A stretch of 64,000 nucleotides of DNA from Candidatus Magasanikiibacteriota bacterium (GTDB taxonomy: Bacteria; Patescibacteriota; Patescibacteriia; Magasanikbacterales; UBA922). Position 1 is the first letter of the stretch; the number at the start of each line of letters is the position of its first letter. The notes under the pieces are model-generated. The model was not told the DNA's origin and did no database searches. It was given only the letters and a program-made list of their open reading frames with translations. Positions 37,483 through 45,933 of this stretch are shown in pieces. The stretch lies in NCBI GenBank assembly GCA_041674805.1, contig JBAYVA010000001.1, forward strand, positions 326,612 to 390,611, given 5' to 3'. The translations under genes and the position numbers were made by a program.

Positions 37483-38930
37483 AATATATTCTTAATCTTC
37501 TCAAAAATTTCTCCACTATCCTCATCCAAACCCTTTATTTCCTCCAAAATCTCCTTCGGCTCCCTCAAAACATCCTCTTCTTTCTTGTTTGGGTTCTTCA
37601 CTGATAAATCAAAAGTAGCTTGATCAATATTTTTCACATCCACCATCCAAGAATTAGCACTACTTTCCTTCTTTTCTTGAAGCTTCACAAACTCAGCTAA
37701 GTCCACTTCACTCAATGGATTGCCCTTGCCAAGATTTCTATCTAGATTGAGCTGATAATACCAGATTTTTCTTGTTGGAGCGCCTTTTTCAAAAAATAAG
37801 ACAATAGTCTTCACACCCGCACCCTGAAAAGCACCACCTGGTAGATCTAGGATAGTATGCAGATTGCAAGTCGTAAGTAATTCTTTGCGTAGTGAGACAC
37901 TGGCATTGTCAGTGTTGCTCAAAAAAGTATTTTTGATGACAATCCCAGCTCGTCCACCAGCTCGGAGCATCTTGATAAAATGTTGTAAAAAGAGAAATGC
38001 TGTCTCGCCAGTTTTTATCGGGAAATTTTGTTGAATTTCTCTACCAATACCTGCTCCAAAAGGTGGATTTGCTAAGATAACATCTTTTCTGTCTTTTTCT
38101 TGTATGTCATTGATATTTTCTGCTAGTGTGTTCATGTGACGGATATTTGGTGCCTCAATACCATGTAAAATCATATTCATAATACCAATAATGTAGGCAA
38201 GAGATTTGATTTCTTTTCCGTAAAAAGTTTTGTTTTGCAAAGTTGTCATTTGACTTGAAGAAAGCTTGGCTTGATTTTCTGTCAAATATTTATATGCCTC
38301 CACCAAAAATCCAGCACTTCCACAAGCACCATCATAAATTGTTTCTCCAATTTTTGGATCTACTATTTTAACAATTGTTTTGATGAGTGGACGTGGTGTG
38401 TAATATTCACCACCATTTCGCCCAGCATTGCCCATATTTTTTATTTTTGACTCATAAAGATGTGAAAGTTCATGTTTTTCTTCATAAAGTCGAAAATGCA
38501 TTTTGTCTACCACGTTCAAAATTTCTCGTAATTTATAACCACTAGAAATTTTGTTTTTGAGTTCACTAAAAATTTCACCGATTTTGTATTCAATAGTATT
38601 TGGATCTTCAGCTTTAAATTTTTTTAAATAAGGAAAAAGTTTATTATTTACAAAGTCTCTCAAATCGTCACCATCAAGTGCTTTATTGTAATCCAATTTT
38701 TCATCACCATTTTTAGGACAAGCCCAAATATTCCAGAGATATTCTGGAGACAAAATATATTCATAATTTTTACCTGACAAAATGGCCGACTTTCTTTTGT
38801 CTTCTTCTAAATCATCAAGGTATTTCAAAAATAAAATCCAAGAAGTTTGTTCTACATAATCTAACTCCGTTCCGCAACCAGAGTCAGTATGAAGTATACT
38901 GTCAATGCTTTTGAATGATTGTTCAAACAT
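37479..38930 (-). CDS. hsdM: type I restriction-modification N6-adenine DNA methyltransferase HsdM
   Basis: HsdM N-terminal domain, SAM-binding motif DGACGSAGFL and catalytic motif LANPPFG. Confidence 0.85.
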   Translation of the reverse strand: MFEQSFKSIDSILHTDSGCGTELDYVEQTSWILFLKYLDDLEEDKRKSAILSGKNYEYILSPEYLWNIWACPKNGDEKLDYNKALDGDDLRDFVNNKLFPYLKKFKAEDPNTIEYKIGEIFSELKNKISSGYKLREILNVVDKMHFRLYEEKHELSHLYESKIKNMGNAGRNGGEYYTPRPLIKTIVKIVDPKIGETIYDGACGSAGFLVEAYKYLTENQAKLSSSQMTTLQNKTFYGKEIKSLAYIIGIMNMILHGIEAPNIRHMNTLAENINDIQEKDRKDVILANPPFGAGIGREIQQNFPIKTGETAFLFLQHFIKMLRAGGRAGIVIKNTFLSNTDNASVSLRKELLTTCNLHTILDLPGGAFQGAGVKTIVLFFEKGAPTRKIWYYQLNLDRNLGKGNPLSEVDLAEFVKLQEKKESSANSWMVDVKNIDQATFDLSVKNPNKKEEDVLREPKEILEEIKGLDEDSGEIFEKIKNIL

Positions 38931-38975
38931 AGTTTTTTATTGTTTTAGTGATACTATTTTAACAGAGATCAGAGG

Positions 38976-39062
38976 TTTTGTAAATCTAACAAAAAATCAC
39001 CTTTTAAGATGATTTTTGCTAAAAAAATTTCAGTTGGTGACAATTTGTCACCGACTCACCTA
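38976..39062. promoter_or_regulatory. conserved ~85-nt intergenic element, copy A (terminator hairpin + perfect 17-nt palindrome) upstream of hsdM
   Basis: Hairpin aaaatca-ccttttaaga-tgatttt with a T-run, plus palindrome ggtgacaatttgtcacc (39036-39052). It is near-identical to 41123-41207. Confidence 0.5.
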
Positions 39063-39992
39063 ATCCGCATTAGACAATCCCTCAAATACCTCAGTAGCAT
39101 AGACCACTTCGGCAAAATCCACCATCGTCGCATAATCTTTGACAGCAAACCAACCCTTCAGACCATCTTTCTTCTCAATCTGACACCATTTTTTGTTGTC
39201 ACAAGCAATGATTTTTACTATCTCATCTTTTTGAAGTGTTGTGATTATAGTACTGTCGTCTTGTGGTGATCTCTTAAGAGCTAAGGCTTGCAAAAGTGTT
39301 ACTTCTGTATCTCTCGCATAAAAATCTTTTGGAATATTTACCAATATATTATTTGTAGAAAGACTATAATCATCAGCAAAAAACCAAGTATCCAAAATAC
39401 TTCCACGAGTTTGGGTTGTCAATTTTCCTTTACCATCAAAAAGCATGTTTTCATAAATACCTTGTATAGTTCCTAATGACTTCAAATTTTTTCCGTCATA
39501 TTGATAAAAAGTTGTCGCATAATCACTACTAGGACCTTCGTCAGTGACAGCAATCTCTTTTAGCTTGTCACTTTTGTCTATATCCACAATACCAAAATAT
39601 CCCGCAGGCACATTTCCTGGTGTGGTAGTCCCCATATCGTCAATATGTAATATTGCGACATAACTATAATTTATTTGTTTGAATTCAATACTAATGTTTT
39701 CTTTTTTGCCATCACCATTTAGATCTTCTGCCTTTTCACGATATTGATTAGATTCCAAAGGTTTTGATTCCAAATAATTATTGTAAGCATCTAGATCTTG
39801 TGGAAATTGTTCTTGTTTTTCAGAAAACATAACATCTTGATTTTGTTCTTTTTCCAAATTCAAAACATCTTTTGAAAAGAAAAATTTGTTCATTATCAAA
39901 AAAAATAACACCAAAAAAATGATACCACCTCCCAAATATATATTAATTTTTTTATTACGAGACATACAAATGATTAGAATAAAACATAACAA
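39060..39992 (-). CDS. hypothetical membrane-anchored protein with C-terminal bacterial SH3-like domain
   Basis: N-terminal TM helix. The C-terminus …LQKDEIVKIIACDNKKWCQIEKKDGLKGWFAVKDY resembles SH3b. Confidence 0.45.
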   Translation of the reverse strand: MLCFILIICMSRNKKINIYLGGGIIFLVLFFLIMNKFFFSKDVLNLEKEQNQDVMFSEKQEQFPQDLDAYNNYLESKPLESNQYREKAEDLNGDGKKENISIEFKQINYSYVAILHIDDMGTTTPGNVPAGYFGIVDIDKSDKLKEIAVTDEGPSSDYATTFYQYDGKNLKSLGTIQGIYENMLFDGKGKLTTQTRGSILDTWFFADDYSLSTNNILVNIPKDFYARDTEVTLLQALALKRSPQDDSTIITTLQKDEIVKIIACDNKKWCQIEKKDGLKGWFAVKDYATMVDFAEVVYATEVFEGLSNAD

Positions 39993-40085
39993 CCTTTGAT
40001 ACTTATCATACTACTCTAGTTTAGTTATTTAAGCAATAAAAAATCACACTAAAGTTAATATAGTTCAATAATTTTTGAAGATAAA

Positions 40086-41075
40086 CTATTTCTTCATATT
40101 GAGCAAAGTCGTAACCAAACTTGTCATTTGATCCTTTTTGCTTGGATGACTCTCCGCAATAAGCAAAGTAAGAGCTGTCAACGCACTTGGATTGATATTT
40201 ACTCTTCCTTTTATCTTAGCTTTACGTAAAAACCAAACAAAAGCAAAAGCTCCACTACGCTTATTGCCGTCGGTAAAAGGATGATTTTTGACCATAAAAT
40301 ATAATAGATGAGATGCCTTTTCTTCAGCTGTCTTATACAAAGAATTACCACCAAAAGACTGCATCACATTACCAACAATACCTTCTACACTAGCCACATT
40401 TTTTTCTTGAGCAAATAACTCTGAGGCTTCACCTTTTTTGATAAGTTCTTGACGAAGTTTGGAGATAGCCTCTGTCAATTCTTGACTTGTCAATTTTACT
40501 GCTTTTCTACTGCTTCCAATCTTATTTAATTTGTCTTTGTCATAAGCGTCCAGTGCCACCCAAGTACTAGCAAATTCTTTTATTAAATCCAAAACCATTT
40601 TTGGATCAAGAGCTACATGTTCTGGCAATAAATTTTGGATACTATTTACAGTCTTCAAAAAAGAATTGTAATTTTTTACAATCTGTTTGCGATTGATAGT
40701 ATAACCTTTTGTTATATGTTCTTTTAAAATATTTGTTGCCCACTTACGAAAATTAGTTGCTGTTTTAGAATTTACTCTGTAGCCAACTGAAATTATAGCA
40801 TCTAAATTATAATATTCTATATTACGTCTAATCTGACGATTTCCTTCTAATTGAACTGTTGCATTTTTTGCAACAGTTGACTTTTTATCTAACTCTTTTT
40901 CTTTGTATATTTTACTCAAATGACGTGAAATAACAGATTTATCACGTTCAAAAACAGTAGCTATTTGATCTAAATTTGCCCAAATTGTATCATTTGAAAA
41001 ATCATTGCGTAATTCAATAGAACCATCTTTTGCTTGATAAATTACAACATCATTTTTTAATTTTTTGTTTTTCAT
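40086..41075 (-). CDS. RhuM-family / Doc-type Fic-fold protein
   Basis: N-terminus VVIYQAKDGSIELRNDFSNDTIWANLDQIATVFERDKSVISRHLSKIYKEKEL (RhuM-like) and C-terminal Doc-type motif HPFTDGNKRSGAFAFVWFL. Confidence 0.6.
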   Translation of the reverse strand: MKNKKLKNDVVIYQAKDGSIELRNDFSNDTIWANLDQIATVFERDKSVISRHLSKIYKEKELDKKSTVAKNATVQLEGNRQIRRNIEYYNLDAIISVGYRVNSKTATNFRKWATNILKEHITKGYTINRKQIVKNYNSFLKTVNSIQNLLPEHVALDPKMVLDLIKEFASTWVALDAYDKDKLNKIGSSRKAVKLTSQELTEAISKLRQELIKKGEASELFAQEKNVASVEGIVGNVMQSFGGNSLYKTAEEKASHLLYFMVKNHPFTDGNKRSGAFAFVWFLRKAKIKGRVNINPSALTALTLLIAESHPSKKDQMTSLVTTLLNMKK

Positions 41076-41122
41076 AAATTTGTAAATTATTTTATATATA
41101 AACTATAGCAAAATTTAGTAAT

Positions 41123-41207
41123 TTTGTAAAAAACAAAAAACCACCTTTTTCAGATGATTTTTTGAAAAAAATTTTCAACCGGTGACAAATTGTCACCAAC
41201 TCACTTA
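41123..41207. promoter_or_regulatory. conserved ~85-nt intergenic element, copy B (hairpin + perfect palindrome) upstream of the RhuM/Doc gene
   Basis: aaaacca-cctttttcaga-tgatttttt hairpin and palindrome ggtgacaaattgtcacc (41181-41197), in the same orientation and arrangement as copy A. Confidence 0.5.
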
Positions 41208-41218
41208 TTTTTAATTCC

Positions 41219-43381
41219 CTACTTCCTCCTTACCAAGGAGTACCACCATAACAAAAAAATACTAAGCAAAATTTCTAATACTAACAAACTATAAAAAACA
41301 AATTTCAAATTACTTTTGTCAGGCTGAAACCAAGCGATATCCACTTTGCTATACTTCTCTATATTCATTTTTACATCATAAAAACTAACATCCTTTTCTC
41401 CTCTTAGCCAACGAAACCAAGTCTGTTCAGAATAGACCAACAACGATTCTTCTTTGGTGAAATAGCTAGAAAATAATTGATGATTGACTTGTATATGTCC
41501 GAGTTGTGGTACAAAACGCATATTTTGCAAAGTATCCAAATTGGCTTCTCGCAAGATATCCAATTGTTTGCCATAATAATAACTAGCTCCCAAAAACTGA
41601 ACATAAAAAGAAAAAACAAACAAAAATAAAAATACTATTTTTTTGCTAACTGACATGACCTTTTCTTCAAAAAAATAAATCAAAGGAAGATGCAATAATA
41701 CCATAATAGCGACCAGCTTCCTCACAGACCAAGTCTCATCTGTCCAATAACTAAAAGGAGCAGTAATCAGCAAAAGCAATAAAAAAGACACCAAGAGAAA
41801 AACAGCCGTTTCTTTTTGTTCACGCCAAAATCTTTTCCAGACAAACAAAGTCAAAATAAGCCAAGGACTAAACAAAAAAATACTTTTGCCTATAGAAAAA
41901 AATATACCATAAAATCCTTCCCACCAAGTCCAAATTTGGAATTCATGACTAAGCGAATACACGCCAGTCCAAGCACCATATACTAAATATTGAGCAAGCA
42001 AGACAGATAAGATAGCTACAAAAGCTGGTAAAAATAATATTATGAAATGCTTCAGATAATCTTTTTTTGTCAAAGATTTGTTTTGTCTATCTACCAAAAA
42101 AACAAACAGTAGCACAGGCAAAGCAAAAATTATGGCATAAGATTTAGCCGTGACAAGTAAAGCAAAAGTTATAGCCACCCACCACAAAGAAACTCTGTTA
42201 TTTTTCCACTTGAGCAACATCAACAATAATAATGTCAAATAAAAAGTTTGTTGGTATTCCATACCCAAATTGCTATAAGGCCAAATAATGGAACCAGTAG
42301 CTATCACCACAGGAAGCAACAAAGACGGATACAACTTTTTGCGCAAATACCAAACTACATAAACTAGCAACCAAACAGTCAAAGCAGAATAAAAAATAGG
42401 TACAATACTCAAAAAAGTAAAATTAGAAAAAGCAAATAATTTAAAAATTAAAATAAAAGGAACATACAAAAACAAAGAAGATATTCCAGCTCTTTTCGCC
42501 GCATATTCACCAGAAAACAATGACATAGCTGAATCAGCTGTTTCTTGTTCATAGCCACCAAAATTCATTTGCCAAGTCAAAGTAAAAAGAAACAAAACAA
42601 AAATAAAAACTAAAAAAGCCTGCAAATGCAACAAAATATTTGGAAAACGAAGACGCAAAAGAGTCCAAATAGCTACGACCCCATCACGCCAATTTATTTT
42701 TTTGCCTTCATCTTTCGATCTTGGATTATACGAAATAGCAATTTCTGGAATCTTGATACCATCTTTGGCTAGATAAGAAGTCACTTCAGGACAAAAAGCA
42801 AAACCCTTTTCACACAGTGGCATGCTTTGCAATTTTTTTGTTGCTATCAGTTTGTAGCAAGTCGCTTCATCTGTCATCTTTTGACCAAACAAAAAATTGG
42901 CAACGTAAGTAACCAATTTGCCACCCCAATAAAAAAAGAAAGTACCACGTTTATTATTTTCTTTATTTCGAGAACCATAAACTACTGGCAAATTTTCATT
43001 TTTAGCGTATTTGTACAATCTTATGATATCATCAGGATCATACTCCAAATCAGCATCTTGTATGATAGTATATTCACCCACAGACTCTTTCAATCCCGTA
43101 TGTATAGCCCCGCCTTTGCCTTGGTTTTTTTCATGCAAAATAACCTTGAAATTTTCCAAATTATTAATTTGTTTTTGGTAATCCAACAAAATATTTATAC
43201 TCTTGTCAGACGAACCATCGTCAACAGCTATTACCTGATACATCAAACCAGATTTTTCTAGTGATACAAACAATTTATCCAAAAGTAGTAGTAGAGTCTT
43301 TTCTTCGTTATATACAGGCACAATTACACTAATATCTATGTTCATAAAATATGTGTTTAAATAACGCTTACACTTTAACAA
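41219..43381 (-). CDS. fused GT2 glycosyltransferase / large GT-C-like (ArnT/PMT-like) polytopic membrane domain protein
   Basis: N-terminal GT-A motifs ISVIVPVYNEEKT…AVDDGSSDKS…DADLEYDP, followed by about 450 aa with many TM helices. Confidence 0.7.
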   Translation of the reverse strand: MLKCKRYLNTYFMNIDISVIVPVYNEEKTLLLLLDKLFVSLEKSGLMYQVIAVDDGSSDKSINILLDYQKQINNLENFKVILHEKNQGKGGAIHTGLKESVGEYTIIQDADLEYDPDDIIRLYKYAKNENLPVVYGSRNKENNKRGTFFFYWGGKLVTYVANFLFGQKMTDEATCYKLIATKKLQSMPLCEKGFAFCPEVTSYLAKDGIKIPEIAISYNPRSKDEGKKINWRDGVVAIWTLLRLRFPNILLHLQAFLVFIFVLFLFTLTWQMNFGGYEQETADSAMSLFSGEYAAKRAGISSLFLYVPFILIFKLFAFSNFTFLSIVPIFYSALTVWLLVYVVWYLRKKLYPSLLLPVVIATGSIIWPYSNLGMEYQQTFYLTLLLLMLLKWKNNRVSLWWVAITFALLVTAKSYAIIFALPVLLFVFLVDRQNKSLTKKDYLKHFIILFLPAFVAILSVLLAQYLVYGAWTGVYSLSHEFQIWTWWEGFYGIFFSIGKSIFLFSPWLILTLFVWKRFWREQKETAVFLLVSFLLLLLITAPFSYWTDETWSVRKLVAIMVLLHLPLIYFFEEKVMSVSKKIVFLFLFVFSFYVQFLGASYYYGKQLDILREANLDTLQNMRFVPQLGHIQVNHQLFSSYFTKEESLLVYSEQTWFRWLRGEKDVSFYDVKMNIEKYSKVDIAWFQPDKSNLKFVFYSLLVLEILLSIFLLWWYSLVRRK

Positions 43382-43434
43382 AAAAAGCCTTCTTTGTAAA
43401 CAAAAACTACCTTTCTCAGGTAGTTTCTTAATAT

Positions 43435-44421
43435 CTATTTTTTCTTAATCTTCACCACAAAAAACCCTTCAACATACTTGTCCGGCAAAATACGTAAAGA
43501 ACTTGCCAATTCTTTGCTAAATTTCTCCCCTTTCCACTCTCCTAGACTCTTTCCTTTTAATAAACCATTTAGCTCTACTTTTTCAATCTCTACTTCTGCC
43601 CCAAACTTTTCTTTTAGCCAAGCAATTTGCCCTTCATTTTCCTCTGGCGCAAAAGTACAAGTAGAATAGACAAGTGTGCCACCAACTTTCAGACAAGTCC
43701 AAGCCGAAAATAACAATTTCTTTTGTAAAAAAGCATGATCTTTGATATTTTTTTCATTCCAATAACTATAACTGCGTCTGTCAGACAAATCAATTCTCGC
43801 TTCCGCACTACATGGCGCATCAAGCAACACTTTGTCAAAATAATTACTATATTTTTCAAAAATCTTGATTCCATCTTCGTTTACTAGCTCAAACTTCCAA
43901 ACTTCTTTTTCCGCATCTTCTACACCGAGCAACTTCATATTGTGAGCAAGCTTTTCAAAACGAATTTTGTCGAGTTCATTGGCAACTAGCTCACCATCTT
44001 TGCCCATCATCATAGCAATTTGACTGGTCTTACTGCCTGGAGCTGAAGTCAAATCTAATATTTTTTCTCCTGGTTTTGGATCGAGCACCACGACTGGCAC
44101 CATACTAGCTAGACTTTGCAAATATATTTTTCCGTCAGTAAACAAATCTGTTTTCATCAATTCAGACTGACTTTTGTTTTCCAAAATAAAAGCATCAGCA
44201 AACCAAGGCACTCTTTTTACCTTGAAACCTTTTTGTTGCAAAATTTGTAGTACTTCGTCTCTCTTGTTTTTTATGGTATTCACACGAAAAGTAGTCGGAC
44301 GTGCTTTGAAAGTACTGACAATTTTGTCGGCTTCACTGCGGCCAAAAATTTCTTGGAGACGAGTAAGGAATTTTTCAGGTAATTTTGATTGATTTTGGGA
44401 CATAATAATAAAAAATGACAA
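43435..44421 (-). CDS. NOL1/NOP2/Sun (RsmB/RsmF-like) rRNA cytosine-C5 methyltransferase
   Basis: SAM pocket ILDLTSAPGSKTSQIA and catalytic motifs LLDAPCSAEARI and YSTCT. Confidence 0.75.
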   Translation of the reverse strand: MSFFIIMSQNQSKLPEKFLTRLQEIFGRSEADKIVSTFKARPTTFRVNTIKNKRDEVLQILQQKGFKVKRVPWFADAFILENKSQSELMKTDLFTDGKIYLQSLASMVPVVVLDPKPGEKILDLTSAPGSKTSQIAMMMGKDGELVANELDKIRFEKLAHNMKLLGVEDAEKEVWKFELVNEDGIKIFEKYSNYFDKVLLDAPCSAEARIDLSDRRSYSYWNEKNIKDHAFLQKKLLFSAWTCLKVGGTLVYSTCTFAPEENEGQIAWLKEKFGAEVEIEKVELNGLLKGKSLGEWKGEKFSKELASSLRILPDKYVEGFFVVKIKKK

Positions 44422-44423
44422 AC

Positions 44424-45185
44424 TTATTTTATTAATCCAGAAATTTTATAAAATATTTCACCTTGAATATTAGATTTTTTTACAAATCCAAATTTGCGAG
44501 AATCAAAACTCTCACTTCTATTATCACCCAAAACAAAATATTGATCTTGCTCTAGTTGTATAGAAACATCACCGACAGTATCTCCTTCTACATAAGATTC
44601 ATTCAATATTTGTCCATTTATCATAACTTTGTTATCTTTGATTTCTACTTTTTCTCCAGGAAGACCAATTATTCTTTTAATATGAAATGCTCCTTGTTCT
44701 GCTTTAGATTTGAATACCACGATATCTTCTCTAGCAAAATCCTGATTAATTTTGTCTACCAAAAGATAATCACCACTATTGTATGTAGGACTCATACTTA
44801 CTCCATTAACAAGAAAAGGAGTAAATACATAAAAACGAATAAAACTAACGATAATTATAGTAGAAATTATATTAAATAAAATAAATACTACATATATACT
44901 CAAAGATTTCTTCCAATTACACAAATAATATTTTTTGTAAAAGTAATGAAATACAAAAAATGTGACAACACTTATTAGAATACTATAAGAAAAACCAAGA
45001 CCTATAACATAAAAGATAGCTAAAAGAAATGCATTTACAAGCGCTACGATAAGATGAATTACAAATGACTTTTTATAAGTTAGATTTTCTATTTTGAAAA
45101 GTTTTGAAACTAAAAAAAGAAGACCAGCAAACAAAAAAAATGTAAATGCCAAAACAAATAAAATAAGAAAAATAATAAATTCCAT
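44424..45185 (-). CDS. lepB: signal peptidase I
   Basis: Catalytic Ser box GVSMSPTY, Lys box VVFKSK, IKRIIGLPGEKVE and GDNRSESFDSRKFG. It has an extended multi-TM N-terminus. Confidence 0.8.
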   Translation of the reverse strand: MEFIIFLILFVLAFTFFLFAGLLFLVSKLFKIENLTYKKSFVIHLIVALVNAFLLAIFYVIGLGFSYSILISVVTFFVFHYFYKKYYLCNWKKSLSIYVVFILFNIISTIIIVSFIRFYVFTPFLVNGVSMSPTYNSGDYLLVDKINQDFAREDIVVFKSKAEQGAFHIKRIIGLPGEKVEIKDNKVMINGQILNESYVEGDTVGDVSIQLEQDQYFVLGDNRSESFDSRKFGFVKKSNIQGEIFYKISGLIK

Positions 45186-45306
45186 AGTACTTTATTTAAA
45201 GTGTATGAATAAAAATTATTGGCGGAGAATGAGGGATTCTCCGCCCTAGGCGGACCAACCTCGCAAAGCACGCCTTGGGCTGTGGGCTGGCAAGGTTCTC
45301 AACTAG

Positions 45307-45393
45307 CGGAGAATGAGGGATTCGAACCCTCGATACGGTTTCCCGTATACCGCCTTTCCAAGGCGGCGCACTCGACCACTATGCGAACTCTCC
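45307..45393 (-). tRNA. tRNA-Ser (anticodon GGA), type II with long variable arm
   Basis: Reverse complement folds by hand as GGAGAGT acceptor, D-arm, anticodon stem CCGCC/GGCGG with loop TTGGAAA, variable-arm hairpin TATACGG-GAAA-CCGTATC, T-arm GAGGG-TTCGAAT-CCCTC and discriminator G. Confidence 0.85.
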
Positions 45394-45394
45394 A

Positions 45395-45661
45395 TTATTT
45401 ATTATTTTCTTCTAAAAAATTTTTTAACAAATATTTTAATCTTTCACGACCTTGTCCAGTCTTCAAAAACATTTCTTCAGCTTGTGCATCTTTTTTATTT
45501 AAAAATGCTTGATAATAAACCAATTTCCAAGGTCTTCCTTTCTTAGTAAATATTGAACCATCTCCACTATTATGTTCTTTCAATCTATTCTTCAAATCTT
45601 CTGTAAAACCAATATACTTTTTATTTAATTTATGACTATATAATATATAAACATAATACAT
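45395..45661 (-). CDS. GIY-YIG nuclease-domain protein (homing-endonuclease-like, 88 aa)
   Basis: MYYVYILYSHKLNKKYIGFTEDLKNRLKEHN… carries the canonical GIY-x10-YIG motif with the conserved R and E. The stop lies 1 nt from the tRNA-Ser 5' end. Confidence 0.75.
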   Translation of the reverse strand: MYYVYILYSHKLNKKYIGFTEDLKNRLKEHNSGDGSIFTKKGRPWKLVYYQAFLNKKDAQAEEMFLKTGQGRERLKYLLKNFLEENNK

Positions 45662-45730
45662 AATAAAAATATGATTAGTCTAGATAAACAACCACCTTTC
45701 TCCGCCCTAGGCGGACCAGCCTCGGGCTGG

Positions 45731-45765
45731 CAAGGCGGCGCACTCGACCACTATGCGAACTCTCC
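45731..45765 (-). pseudogene. partial duplicate of the tRNA-Ser 5' half (positions 1 to ~34)
   Basis: ggagagttcgcatagtggtcgagtgcgccgccttg matches the first 35 nt of the complete tRNA-Ser at 45393 exactly, then diverges into the GC-rich repeat ccagccc…tggtccgcctagggcggaga. Confidence 0.6.
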
Positions 45766-45859
45766 AGGTACTAGTTATAAAGTTTATAAAGTTTATAAAG
45801 TTAAAAGTTTATAAAGTACGTGAGAATTTTAACCAATTTAAGCCTTTTTGTCAATCTCA

Positions 45860-45888
45860 ATAAAAAACCCTGAAATATATCAGGGTCA
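45860..45888. terminator. bidirectional terminator hairpin flanked by ataaagttt repeats
   Basis: accctga-aatatat-cagggt stem with a T-run on the minus strand (downstream of the LOG gene). Both flanks carry (t)ataaagttt x4 direct repeats in inverted arrangement. Confidence 0.5.
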
Positions 45889-45933
45889 AATTACTTTATA
45901 ACTTTACAAACTTTATGAACTTTACAAACTACG

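Noticed and set aside
42827-43261. 144-aa plus-strand ORF
   Set aside because: Antisense inside the GT2/GT-C fusion gene.
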